Assembly (NCBI GenBank): GCA_017623375.1
Contig: JAGAPH010000152.1
Coordinates: forward strand, 116,191-166,262
Direction: 5' to 3'
Length of the DNA: 50,072 nucleotides
Source: Clostridia bacterium
Lineage (GTDB): Bacteria > Bacillota > Clostridia > Oscillospirales > CAG-272
This document shows, in pieces, positions 27,249 to 36,211 of this stretch. The translations under genes were made by a program, and so were the position numbers. How positions within the stretch are numbered: the stretch's first letter is position 1; each line of letters begins with the position of its first letter. The notes under the pieces were generated by a model. It searched no databases, was not told the origin of the DNA, and saw only the letters and a program-made list of their open reading frames with translations.

Positions 27249-27995
27249 ATGAAGGATACGCAACGGGAAAAGGAATATACCGAGGGGATAGCCATAAAGG
27301 GGGGATTCCTCGGTTGGTTAGATAATTACTGGTATCATTATAAATGGGTGACCATAGGCGTTGCTTTTTTTCTTGTGGTCGCTATCATTTGCATAGCGCA
27401 ATCGTGTAATAAAGAAAAAGACGATCTGATACTTCTATATGCAGGCCCCAATCAGCTTTCAATTGCTGAAGCGGATAAGGTGAGCTCGGCCTTGGAGGCG
27501 ATAATGCCAGAGGATTTTGACGGCGACGGAAGGAAAAGTGTGGGACTCAGTCTGTATAATATTCTTTCCGCTGAGCAGCTGGAAGCGATAAAAAGCGAGA
27601 CTGATGCGGAAGGAGAGCACGTTTTCGTTGACAATACGCGCAATAGTAGTCAGTACGATACATATTACGATTATCTGATGACGGGAGAGACCTCTGTTAT
27701 TATGGTCGATCCGTGGCTTTATGAATCATTGTTGACTGCGGGAAGGCTTGCCAATGTAAAAGAGACGCTTGGATATATGCCCGAATCGGCGTGTAGTGAA
27801 TACGGTGTGACACTTGGGAATACCGAGTTTTATAAAAGCTATGGCGTGATGCAGCTATTGCCCGATGACACCGTTGTTTGCTTGCTCAAGCCGTATGTGT
27901 TTGGAAAAAATAGCGATCAAGAGCATTACGAGCATGAAAAAGAGATGTTCAAGGCAATCGTGTCGTACGGAGATAACGGTACGGCGCAAAACTGA
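27249..27995 (+). CDS. hypothetical single-pass membrane protein with extracytoplasmic domain
   Basis: AGAGG RBS and one TM helix (VTIGVAFFLVVAIICIA). No recognisable motif. Confidence 0.6.
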   Translation: MKDTQREKEYTEGIAIKGGFLGWLDNYWYHYKWVTIGVAFFLVVAIICIAQSCNKEKDDLILLYAGPNQLSIAEADKVSSALEAIMPEDFDGDGRKSVGLSLYNILSAEQLEAIKSETDAEGEHVFVDNTRNSSQYDTYYDYLMTGETSVIMVDPWLYESLLTAGRLANVKETLGYMPESACSEYGVTLGNTEFYKSYGVMQLLPDDTVVCLLKPYVFGKNSDQEHYEHEKEMFKAIVSYGDNGTAQN

Positions 27996-28011
27996 CTGAG
28001 AGGTACTGACA

Positions 28012-28923
28012 TTGAAACAACGCATATCATCACTTGCATTGCTTTTGCTAACGGCAGTTATATGGGGCTTTGCCTTCGTTGCTCAAGTTCAGGGGATGGC
28101 GTACATTGAGCCGTTTACCATGAACGGAGTGCGCTTTTTGATAGGAATAATTTCTTTGCTTCCTGTGGTATTATTTTTTGAAAAAGGAAGAGTATCGGGC
28201 GAAGAAAGGAAAAAAACAGTGATCGCGTCATTGGCGGCGGGAGTAGTGCTGTTTTGCGCGTCAAGCCTTCAGCAAATGGGTATAGAGGTAACGGGAAGTG
28301 CAGGTATAGCTGGTTTTATTACGGGACTTTATACAGTGCTTATACCTATCGCATGTTATATTTTGTTCAGGCAAAGAACAGGCATTAACGTATGGATAGG
28401 AGCTGTGTGTGCCGTTGCGGGCTTGTTTATGCTCTGCTATCGCATAGGCGAGGGCTTATGCTTTGGATATGGAGAGATACTTCTTTTGATAGGCTCTCTT
28501 TTCTGGACCGCTCACGTTATAATCATAGATAAGCTTGGAAAAGACATACGCTCTCTCCATTTTGCTTGGGGGCAGTTTGCAGTGTGCGCGGCTCTTGGAT
28601 TGATATTCATGTTTATATTTGAGGAGCCAAGCCTCGGCTCTATCGTTGACGCAAAATGGTCTATACTGTATTGTGGCGTTCTTTCCTCGGGAGTTGCGTA
28701 TACGTTACAGGTTGTAGCCCAGAAAAGAGCTGAGCCTGCCATGGCGGCTATTGTTCTTTCTACTGAATCTATGTTCAGCGCCATCGGCGGAGTATTATTT
28801 GGTATAGATACGCTTACAGTCCTTGGAGGCGCGGGTTGCTTGCTTATGTTTGCGGGTATCGTGGTATCGCAGATCCCCTTTGCTAAACGAAAAAGCAAAA
28901 ATAACGTTCCATTGGAGAAATGA
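28012..28923 (+). CDS. EamA/DMT-family transporter
   Basis: TTG start with a GAGAGG RBS. Ten hydrophobic helices form two EamA-like halves. Confidence 0.8.
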   Translation: MKQRISSLALLLLTAVIWGFAFVAQVQGMAYIEPFTMNGVRFLIGIISLLPVVLFFEKGRVSGEERKKTVIASLAAGVVLFCASSLQQMGIEVTGSAGIAGFITGLYTVLIPIACYILFRQRTGINVWIGAVCAVAGLFMLCYRIGEGLCFGYGEILLLIGSLFWTAHVIIIDKLGKDIRSLHFAWGQFAVCAALGLIFMFIFEEPSLGSIVDAKWSILYCGVLSSGVAYTLQVVAQKRAEPAMAAIVLSTESMFSAIGGVLFGIDTLTVLGGAGCLLMFAGIVVSQIPFAKRKSKNNVPLEK

Positions 28924-28969
28924 ATTATTTTCAATGCTTTCGCAAATAATATTTTGCGGAGGTGCTTGT

Positions 28970-29068
28970 ATGGAGCGTAAAAAAAGAGACTTTTTTGTTG
29001 GATTTATTACGGGAGCGTGCATTATAGGAACCGTCGCAGCCGTATTGCTTTTGATATTTTTGATATAG
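28970..29068 (+). CDS. 32-aa single-helix membrane micropeptide (putative)
   Basis: GGAGG lies 8 nt before ATG 28970. Product: MERKKRDFFVGFITGACIIGTVAAVLLLIFLI, a basic N-terminus followed by one TM helix. The longer ORF-track version starting at 28823 overlaps the EamA gene. Confidence 0.45.
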   Translation: MERKKRDFFVGFITGACIIGTVAAVLLLIFLI

Positions 29069-29089
29069 ATCGGGAAAACAGAAATAATT

Positions 29090-29800
29090 ATGAGACTTGA
29101 TAAATTTTTAGTGGCGACGGGGTGTTGTACGCGATCGGTCGCAAAAAAGCAGGTAAGATCGGGGGCAGTCACGGTTAACGGATATGCTCCTAAGACGGCT
29201 GATGTTGATATTGATCCCGAAACCGATAAGGTATTATTTTGCGGTCAAAGTGTAGTATATAGAAAATATATCTATATAATGCTTAACAAACCCGAGGGAT
29301 ACGTGAGCGCTACCGAGGACGGTCGGGAAAAAACCGTTCTTGATCTTATTCCTTCCGACGCAAGAAGAAAGGGACTGTTCCCATGCGGACGTCTTGACAA
29401 AAATACTTTGGGGCTTATGCTAATAACAGACAACGGTGAGTTGGGACACAGGCTTCTTGCCCCTAAGAGCCATGTAAAAAAAATATATAGATTCAGGTCT
29501 AAATTTCCGATCTCTGAAACAGATGCTGCACGCTTTGCCGAGGGGCTCGTGCTTGAGGACGGATATGAGACAAAGCCTGCAGAGATAACGCTTGAAGGTG
29601 ACGGAGACGAGGGTCTTATCACACTCGTTGAGGGAAAATATCACCAAATAAAGCGAATGCTTGAGGCACTCAACAATAAGATAATTTATCTCGAGCGGAT
29701 ACGCTTCGGCCCACTGGTGCTTGACGAACGTCTTTCACGAGGAAAATGGAGATATCTTACCGATGATGAAATAGCCATGCTTGAAAGCCATGGAAAGTAA
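29090..29800 (+). CDS. RsuA/RluB-family rRNA pseudouridine synthase with S4 domain
   Basis: The MRLDKFL.. S4 N-terminus, catalytic GRLDKNTLGL and YHQIKRM are present. Confidence 0.88.
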   Translation: MRLDKFLVATGCCTRSVAKKQVRSGAVTVNGYAPKTADVDIDPETDKVLFCGQSVVYRKYIYIMLNKPEGYVSATEDGREKTVLDLIPSDARRKGLFPCGRLDKNTLGLMLITDNGELGHRLLAPKSHVKKIYRFRSKFPISETDAARFAEGLVLEDGYETKPAEITLEGDGDEGLITLVEGKYHQIKRMLEALNNKIIYLERIRFGPLVLDERLSRGKWRYLTDDEIAMLESHGK

Positions 29801-29830
29801 AAACTAACAAAACAAAAACGGAGAAAAACA

Positions 29831-31990
29831 ATGGACATTATTAAAAAGCTTGCAGAGGAATTTAAAATCAAAGAGGAGCAGGTAAAAAAGACGGTAGCTC
29901 TTATCGATGAAGGGAATACCATACCTTTTATAGCCCGTTACCGTAAGGAGGAGACGGGAAGCCTTGACGACGGTCTGCTTCGTGACCTTGACGATAGACT
30001 TATATATCTGAGAAATATCGAAAAGCGAAAGGAAGAGGTCAAAAATCTCATAACCGAAATGGGAAAGATGACCGATGAGATAGCACAGGCTATAGACAAC
30101 GCAGTAACTATAACCGAGGTGGACGATATATACCGTCCGTTCCGTCCTCATAGAAAGACACGTGCGTCCGTGGCGAGAGAAAAGGGACTTGAGCCACTCG
30201 CTGCTCTTATTCTTTCTCAGCTTGTGTCATATTCACCATCTATCGAAGAGCAAGCTGAGGGATACGTTGACGAGGAGAAAGGTGTAACAAGTGCGTCAGA
30301 GGCACTTGCGGGCGCGTGCGATATTATTGCCGAGGACGTATCGGATAATGCCGAATACAGAAAAACGGTCAGAAAGGTCACCTTTGATACGGGATTTATA
30401 TATACCAAGGCGGCTAAAGAAGAGGACTCCGTATACGCTCAGTATTACGATTATTCCGATAAGATAAACAAGATACCGTCCCATAGGATACTTGCAATAA
30501 ACAGAGGAGAAAAGGAAGAGTTTCTTAAGGTGTCCATATCGGTTGAAAAGGGCATCATACTCAATTTCCTTTGCTCTGAGCTTATAACCTGTCCCGCAAG
30601 CCCTGCAGTCAAATATATCGAAGCGGCAATAGTGGATAGCTACGATAGACTTATCGCGCCTTCTATTGAGCGAGAGATCAGAAACGATCTGTTTGATGTT
30701 GCAGGGGAGGGTGCAATAAAGCTATTTGCGGATAACCTCAAGCATCTTCTTATGCAAACACCGCTTAAGGGAAAAACAGTTCTTGGCTTTGATCCGGGAT
30801 ATATCAACGGTTGTAAAACCGCGGTGGTAGATAAGACGGGTAAGGTGCTTGATACTGCGGTGGTATATCCTACAACCAAGAGTAAGTTCAAGACCGAGGA
30901 AGCTGCTAAGATCATCAAAAAGATGGTTGAAAAATATAATGTTGACGTTATTGCGATCGGTAACGGAACGGCATCGCGCGAGAGCGAGCAATTCGTTGCT
31001 GAAACGCTCAAGAGCGTGTCTCATGACTGCAAGTATATCATAATAAATGAGGCGGGGGCGTCCGTTTATTCTGCGTCAAAGCTTGCGGCGGAGGAATTTC
31101 CGGATTTCGACGTTATGCAGCGTTCTGCGGTATCTATCGCAAGAAGGCTTCAGGATCCCCTTGCGGAGCTTGTAAAGATAGACCCCAAGTCCATAGGTGT
31201 GGGACAGTATCAGCACGACATGAAGCCGGCAAGACTTGACGGCGCGCTTCAGGGCGTTGTTGAGGACTGTGTAAATGCCGTTGGCGTTGATATAAATACC
31301 GCGTCTTACTCTTTGTTGTCATACATTTCGGGAATAAACGCTACGAGTGCCAAGAACATAGTAAAATACAGAGAGGAAAACGGAGAATTTACCTCTCGAG
31401 CCCAAATAAAGAAGGTTCCGAGAGTCGGAGCCAAGGCGTTTGAGCAGTGCGCGGGATTTCTGAGAGTGCCTCAGTCCAAGGAGATACTTGATAATACCGG
31501 AGTTCATCCCGAGTCATACGACGCGGCACATAAGCTTATTGCCATGTTTGGGTATACTGAGGAGGATATAAGAGGCGGTAAGCTTTCGGATATTCGCTCA
31601 AAGGTAGCGGAGCAGGGGATAGCAAAGGTATGCGAGGCTTGCGGAGTAGGTGAGCCTACACTCGTCGATATAATAACAGAGCTTGAAAAGCCCGGCAGAG
31701 ATATCCGTGATAATATGACGCCGCCCGCCCTTCGAGCCGACGTTTTGGCAATAGAAGATCTTAAGCCGGATATGGTTCTTGACGGTGTGGTGAGAAACGT
31801 TATAGACTTTGGAGCATTTGTGGATATCGGAGTGCATCAGGACGGACTGGTGCATATTTCTCAGCTTTCGGACCGTTATGTAAAGCACCCGTCTGAGGTG
31901 GTAAGGCTTGGCGATAACGTTAAGGTAAAGGTCCTCGAAGTTGATGTAAAAAAGAAGAGAATTTCTCTTACAATGAAAAATGTAAAGTGA
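29831..31990 (+). CDS. tex: Tex-like transcription accessory protein (YqgF/HHH/S1 domains)
   Basis: 719 aa. IPFIARYRKE N-terminus and the C-terminal S1 domain GVVRNVIDFGAFVDIG..DGLVHISQLS. Confidence 0.92.
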   Translation: MDIIKKLAEEFKIKEEQVKKTVALIDEGNTIPFIARYRKEETGSLDDGLLRDLDDRLIYLRNIEKRKEEVKNLITEMGKMTDEIAQAIDNAVTITEVDDIYRPFRPHRKTRASVAREKGLEPLAALILSQLVSYSPSIEEQAEGYVDEEKGVTSASEALAGACDIIAEDVSDNAEYRKTVRKVTFDTGFIYTKAAKEEDSVYAQYYDYSDKINKIPSHRILAINRGEKEEFLKVSISVEKGIILNFLCSELITCPASPAVKYIEAAIVDSYDRLIAPSIEREIRNDLFDVAGEGAIKLFADNLKHLLMQTPLKGKTVLGFDPGYINGCKTAVVDKTGKVLDTAVVYPTTKSKFKTEEAAKIIKKMVEKYNVDVIAIGNGTASRESEQFVAETLKSVSHDCKYIIINEAGASVYSASKLAAEEFPDFDVMQRSAVSIARRLQDPLAELVKIDPKSIGVGQYQHDMKPARLDGALQGVVEDCVNAVGVDINTASYSLLSYISGINATSAKNIVKYREENGEFTSRAQIKKVPRVGAKAFEQCAGFLRVPQSKEILDNTGVHPESYDAAHKLIAMFGYTEEDIRGGKLSDIRSKVAEQGIAKVCEACGVGEPTLVDIITELEKPGRDIRDNMTPPALRADVLAIEDLKPDMVLDGVVRNVIDFGAFVDIGVHQDGLVHISQLSDRYVKHPSEVVRLGDNVKVKVLEVDVKKKRISLTMKNVK

Positions 31991-32123
31991 TTTTTTAATT
32001 TATTAAAAAACAAGTTGTTGTGCTTTATATCAATTCACACAAAAAACGCATGTTTTGTGCACAATTAACAATATAACTGATAAAATTTTGGGAAATTACC
32101 CTCTTTCATTTTTCGCAAAAAAT

Positions 32124-32132
32124 TGGTATAAT
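32124..32132 (+). promoter_or_regulatory. extended -10 promoter element for the sugar ABC ATPase gene
   Basis: TGGTATAAT (TGnTATAAT) lies 64 nt upstream of ATG 32196. The -35 is weak (TTTCAT). Confidence 0.5.
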
Positions 32133-32195
32133 GTTATAGTACAAAGTATGTATGAAAAATTTCATTCGCTTTAGTTTTTAGGAGGAGTATTCTAA

Positions 32196-33308
32196 ATGGC
32201 AAGCTTATCACTCAGACACATTTACAAAAAGTATCCCGGCGGAGTTACCGCTGTATCTGACTTCAACCTTGAGGTTAAAGACAAGGAATTTATCGTATTC
32301 GTAGGACCTTCCGGATGCGGAAAGACAACTACTCTTCGTATGATCGCAGGTCTTGAGGAAATCACCGAGGGTGAGCTCTTTATCGGTGACCAGCTCGTAA
32401 ACGACGTAGCACCTAAGGATAGAAAGATCGCGATGGTTTTCCAGAACTACGCTCTTTATCCTCATATGTCAGTTTTTGAGAATATGTCCTTCGGACTTAA
32501 GCTCAATAAGACACCTAAGGAAGAGATCAAGCGCCGCGTTGAAGAGGCAGCAAGAATCCTCGATATTACCCACCTTCTTGACAGAAAGCCTAAGGCTTTG
32601 TCCGGTGGTCAGAAGCAGCGTGTTGCGCTCGGACGTGCTATAGTTCGTAATCCTAAGGTCTTCCTTCTTGACGAGCCTCTTTCTAACCTCGATGCTAAGC
32701 TTCGTGCAGCCATGAGAACTGAGCTTACAAAGCTCCATGCTCGCGTTGGTACTACATTCGTATACGTAACCCACGACCAGGTCGAGGCTATGACGATGGC
32801 TACGAGAATCGTTGTTATGAAGGACGGTCTCATTCAGCAGGTAGATACTCCTCAGAATCTTTATGACGCTCCCTGCAACATCTTCGTTGCAGGATTTATC
32901 GGAACACCTCAGATGAACTTCATCACAGGTCAGCTTGTTAAGAAGGGTGAAGACGTATTCTTCAACTTTGAAGACGTTTCCATTAAGCTTCCCGAGGAAA
33001 AGGCAAAGGCTCCTGAGCTTGCTGATTACATCGGCAATGAGGTAGTAGTAGGTCTTCGTCCCGAGGCTATTTCCGATGATGCAAAGGCTGTTGAGGCTAA
33101 CCCCGAGACATCTATTGATGTTAATGTTGACGTAACCGAGCTTATGGGTGCTGAGATTTATCTCTACCTTAACATCGGTGAGACCAACATGATCGCTCGT
33201 GTTTCTTCTCGTTCTCAGTCCAGAGCAGGACAGAATATCAAGGTTGCATTTGATATGTCCAGACTTCACATCTTTGATAAGGATACAGAGCGTTGCATTA
33301 TTCACTGA
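32196..33308 (+). CDS. msmX: stand-alone sugar ABC-transporter ATP-binding protein (MsmX/MsmK/MalK type)
   Basis: Walker A GPSGCGKTT, signature LSGGQKQR, Walker B FLLDEPLS, and a MalK-type C-terminal regulatory domain. AGGAGG RBS. Confidence 0.88.
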   Translation: MASLSLRHIYKKYPGGVTAVSDFNLEVKDKEFIVFVGPSGCGKTTTLRMIAGLEEITEGELFIGDQLVNDVAPKDRKIAMVFQNYALYPHMSVFENMSFGLKLNKTPKEEIKRRVEEAARILDITHLLDRKPKALSGGQKQRVALGRAIVRNPKVFLLDEPLSNLDAKLRAAMRTELTKLHARVGTTFVYVTHDQVEAMTMATRIVVMKDGLIQQVDTPQNLYDAPCNIFVAGFIGTPQMNFITGQLVKKGEDVFFNFEDVSIKLPEEKAKAPELADYIGNEVVVGLRPEAISDDAKAVEANPETSIDVNVDVTELMGAEIYLYLNIGETNMIARVSSRSQSRAGQNIKVAFDMSRLHIFDKDTERCIIH

Positions 33309-33319
33309 TTTGAATGCGT

Positions 33320-33358
33320 ATTGCGTTTGCCGATCTTATCGGCAAACGCAATAGTTTT
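33320..33358 (+). terminator. intrinsic terminator after msmX-like gene
   Basis: A perfect 15-bp stem, ATTGCGTTTGCCGAT-CTT-ATCGGCAAACGCAAT, is followed by AGTTTT. Confidence 0.9.
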
Positions 33359-33405
33359 ATAAAATAAAAAAATATGGGATTTTTTGTATTTGAATGGAGT
33401 TTGTT

Positions 33406-33678
33406 ATGAAAAACGTTTGGAAGATGATTATAGCTTTTGTCTTGGTTGCGTGTATGGCTTTGGCGGTTATTGCGTGCGATTACGATGAGATTGTTTGTAA
33501 CGGAGACTCGAATAACAGTGGAGAAAACGTTGGTGATAGCAACGGGACTGTGGACAATGAAGACAATGCAGGCGAAAGCGGATCACAGGATAATGAAGCG
33601 GATAGTGGTTCTAACGGATTAGACGCGCCCGGTGCCAATACCGAGGGCGGTTGGAGTCAATTATATCCTGCGGGTTAA
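33406..33678 (+). CDS. small acidic low-complexity lipoprotein (putative)
   Basis: Signal peptide with lipobox-like LAVIAC. The mature part is rich in D, N, G, S and E. GGAG lies 6 nt before ATG 33406. Confidence 0.55.
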   Translation: MKNVWKMIIAFVLVACMALAVIACDYDEIVCNGDSNNSGENVGDSNGTVDNEDNAGESGSQDNEADSGSNGLDAPGANTEGGWSQLYPAG

Positions 33679-33684
33679 AACAAT

Positions 33685-33728
33685 GGCTGTACCGAGTAGC
33701 TTTTCTTGCTCGGTACAGCCTCTTTTAT
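33685..33728. terminator. bidirectional terminator between convergent small genes
   Basis: A 12-bp stem, GGCTGTACCGAG / CTCGGTACAGCC, has T-runs on both strands. Confidence 0.8.
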
Positions 33729-34174
33729 TTCTTTTTTCTTCTTTTTGGTATGGAGTTTACTCCTAATAGTGCTCCTAATATGGACACAACGATAAAGGAC
33801 AGTCTTATCAATAGCTCCACGGGGAATGACAGATTTGATGAAATAGAATCACTAAGTAAAAGTGCTATGAGAAAAAATATAATACACATCAGTCCGCCGC
33901 TAAGTGCCCCGCAGGGAATTGCCGCGGCTTTTTTCTTTGAAGCGGCAAAACCAACGATGAAATATATTAAAATATTACACACAACTGAAAGCGGAGAGAT
34001 AAGCTTGTTTGGATCGCTTGAAAGCATACATATAAGAGAACATATCAGAAGCAATATAATGGCAGAGACCGTACCTGTTGCCACGCCAAATAATGATGCG
34101 CGCATAACACCGGCAGAGGCAGTTGCTCTGGACGACGATGAATGAGCTTTTTTGTTTGGAATTTTGCTCTTCAT
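33725..34174 (-). CDS. small multi-helix membrane protein, function unknown
   Basis: ATG 34174 (MKSKIPNKK..) is preceded by GGAGG. Four hydrophobic helices. The longer ORF-track start at 34255 has no RBS. Confidence 0.6.
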   Translation of the reverse strand: MKSKIPNKKAHSSSSRATASAGVMRASLFGVATGTVSAIILLLICSLICMLSSDPNKLISPLSVVCNILIYFIVGFAASKKKAAAIPCGALSGGLMCIIFFLIALLLSDSISSNLSFPVELLIRLSFIVVSILGALLGVNSIPKRRKKK

Positions 34175-34285
34175 TTTAAGATTCCTCCGTAAATAATATT
34201 CATTATAATTATATGATAAGTATGTTTGGGATAGAATAATATTTGACATTAACAAAAAATTAACAAACTAAAGCTTTGGAATCTA

Positions 34286-34314
34286 TTGAAAAAAAGTACA
34301 AATTGTGTTAAAAT
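34286..34314 (+). promoter_or_regulatory. promoter for the five-gene biotin-dependent decarboxylase cluster
   Basis: TTGAAA-17 nt-TAAAAT with a TGn extension. Confidence 0.6.
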
Positions 34315-34394
34315 GGATTAAAATTGGGGTAGAAGGTTTGTTTTGAAAATGGGCCTTGAATTTTCCCGAAAAAATAAAAAAACGGAGGCAATTT

Positions 34395-35774
34395 ATGGTA
34401 CAAATTGACGAAAAAGTGTACGGCTCGTCGAAGGCTAAGATTGAAGCGATCTTCGATCAGGGAACCTTTGTTGAATTGAGCGCTTACACTAAGCGTCACG
34501 ACTCTCAAAGCGATTTTGAGGGTGTGGTTTGCGGCTATGGTTCTGTAAACGGCAAGCTTGCGTTTGCGTTTGTTCAGGATAGTGGAAGAACCAAGGGTGC
34601 ATTCAGTGAGAGACACGCAAAAAAGATCATTGACATGTATGCACTTGCGGTTAAGAACGGAGCGCCTGTTATTGGCGTATTTGACAGCGCCGGCGCTGTA
34701 GTTTATGATGGAGCGTCTGCTCTTGCGGCATACGGAAGAGTTATGAAGGCGGTTTCCGAGGCTTCTGGTGTTATTCCTCAGATAGCCGTTGTTGACGGTA
34801 TTTGCGGAGGCTCAAGCGCAGTCGTTGCCTCTATGTTTGATATGACAGTGACTGTTAAGGACAAGTCCTCTCTCTATGTTAATCCTCCATTCGTTGTAGG
34901 TAAGGAAAAGGGAAGCGCTTCTCACGCTGCGGTGGCAGGTCTTTCTGCTTATGTGGCAGACGATGAAGCAAGTGCTTACGCAACTGTAAGAGAGCTCGTT
35001 ACTGTTCTTCCTCAGAACAATGCTGACGCTTCTCTTATGGAAACGTGCGACGATCTTAACAGAGCGAGTGCGTTTGACGCAGAGAACTATAAGTCAGATG
35101 AGCTTGTTGCCACACTGGCGGACAATGGAAGCTTTATCCGTCTTTATAAGGAATATGCGGAGAATATGCTGCTTGGCTTTGCAAGCTTCGGAGGAGTAGT
35201 TGCGGGTGTTGTTGCTTCTGATAACGCCAATGGCGGAGTGCTTGACATTAAGAGTGCAAGAGCGGCTGCAAAGATTGTATCTTTCTGCGATAGCTTTGGA
35301 ATGCCTGTTGTAACTCTTGTTGATAGTTGCGGACTTGAGGTTAGTGGTGAGGCTGAGGATGAAGCTTACGCTTCTGAACTCGCAAAGCTTGCTTACGCAT
35401 ACACTGCTTCCGAAAACGCTAAAGTAACTGCCGTTGTAGGAAAAGCATACGGTGCGGCATTTACGCTCCTCGGCTCAAAGGCTGTTGGTGCAGATATGGT
35501 ATACGCACTTCCTACTGCTACTATCAGCGTTCTTTCTCCCGAGGCTTCTGTTGCATTCGTATGGAACGATAAGGTCGGTGAAAAGTCCCGTGAAGAGCTT
35601 GAGACTGAGTGGAAAGAAAAATGCGCTTCCGCGGCTGATGCGGCTGACAGAGGCGAGGTGGACGATGTAGTAGAGCCTGCCGAACTTCGTAAGAGGATCT
35701 GTGCGGCGCTTATGATGCTTGCGACTAAAGCGGACGGCAAGCCTTCTCGCCGTCATGCAAATATGCCTCTTTGA
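34395..35774 (+). CDS. acyl-CoA carboxyltransferase (12S / MmdA / PccB-like), divergent and N-terminally short
   Basis: ATG 34395 with a GGAGG RBS. Two crotonase-like halves are recognisable: GVVCGYGSVNGK, HAKKI, APVIGVFDSAG, GVIPQIAVVDGICGG, then VASDNANGGVLDI, PVVTLVDSCGL, KLAYAY, GKAYGAAF. Confidence 0.8.
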   Translation: MVQIDEKVYGSSKAKIEAIFDQGTFVELSAYTKRHDSQSDFEGVVCGYGSVNGKLAFAFVQDSGRTKGAFSERHAKKIIDMYALAVKNGAPVIGVFDSAGAVVYDGASALAAYGRVMKAVSEASGVIPQIAVVDGICGGSSAVVASMFDMTVTVKDKSSLYVNPPFVVGKEKGSASHAAVAGLSAYVADDEASAYATVRELVTVLPQNNADASLMETCDDLNRASAFDAENYKSDELVATLADNGSFIRLYKEYAENMLLGFASFGGVVAGVVASDNANGGVLDIKSARAAAKIVSFCDSFGMPVVTLVDSCGLEVSGEAEDEAYASELAKLAYAYTASENAKVTAVVGKAYGAAFTLLGSKAVGADMVYALPTATISVLSPEASVAFVWNDKVGEKSREELETEWKEKCASAADAADRGEVDDVVEPAELRKRICAALMMLATKADGKPSRRHANMPL

Positions 35775-35787
35775 TAGGAGGTAACTC

Positions 35788-36177
35788 ATGTTGTCTAATT
35801 TATCAATGATGCCAAGTGCGTTGGCGCTCACTTACGAAACTATAGAGCTGATGTGGCAGACCCCATTGTTGGGAATAGGAATGGTTTTTGCGGTGTTAGC
35901 TATTCTTTGGGGTGTTCTTGCGATATTTAAGTTTGTTTTTGCGGGTAAGACGCCTAAGGAACCTAAGCCTGTTAATGTAAAGCCCGTGGAGCAGACTTCC
36001 GTGCAGACGGTAGCTCCCGCTCCTGTGGCGCAAAGCAATGACGCAGAGCTTGTCGCGATCATCACTGCTGCTGTTGCAGCATATATGGCAGAGGAGGGAA
36101 CGGACGCGTATAGCGGAGGTTTCCGTGTAGTTTCCTTTAAGAGAGTGCGAGGCGGTCGCACGTGGAATACAAAATAA
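35788..36177 (+). CDS. OadG-family small membrane subunit of Na+-translocating decarboxylase
   Basis: AGGAGG RBS. One N-terminal TM helix (LLGIGMVFAVLAILWGVLAIF), a Pro/Ala/Val-rich linker, and the C-terminal AELVAIITAAVAAY motif typical of OadG. Confidence 0.8.
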   Translation: MLSNLSMMPSALALTYETIELMWQTPLLGIGMVFAVLAILWGVLAIFKFVFAGKTPKEPKPVNVKPVEQTSVQTVAPAPVAQSNDAELVAIITAAVAAYMAEEGTDAYSGGFRVVSFKRVRGGRTWNTK

Positions 36178-36211
36178 GTTAATTTTGATGAAAGGTTTAG
36201 AGGATAAAAAT

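Noticed and set aside
28823-28969. An 81-aa version of the small ORF that overlaps the 3' end of the EamA gene.
   Set aside because: There is no RBS at 28823 and the overlap with a well-supported gene is extensive. Only the segment from ATG 28970 has an RBS and a coherent TM peptide.
32152-32165. A catabolite-responsive element (cre) upstream of the msmX-like gene.
   Set aside because: ATGAAAAATTTCAT is a 6+2+6 inverted repeat that lacks the central CG and the 14-nt spacing of the TGWAANCGNTNWCA consensus. I kept it only as a generic candidate operator.
33651-34145. A 164-aa plus-strand ORF overlapping the 33725-34174 membrane protein gene.
   Set aside because: The minus-strand ORF has a GGAGG RBS, clean TM helices and the bidirectional terminator in the right place. 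The plus-strand ORF would start inside the lipoprotein gene and run through the terminator stem.
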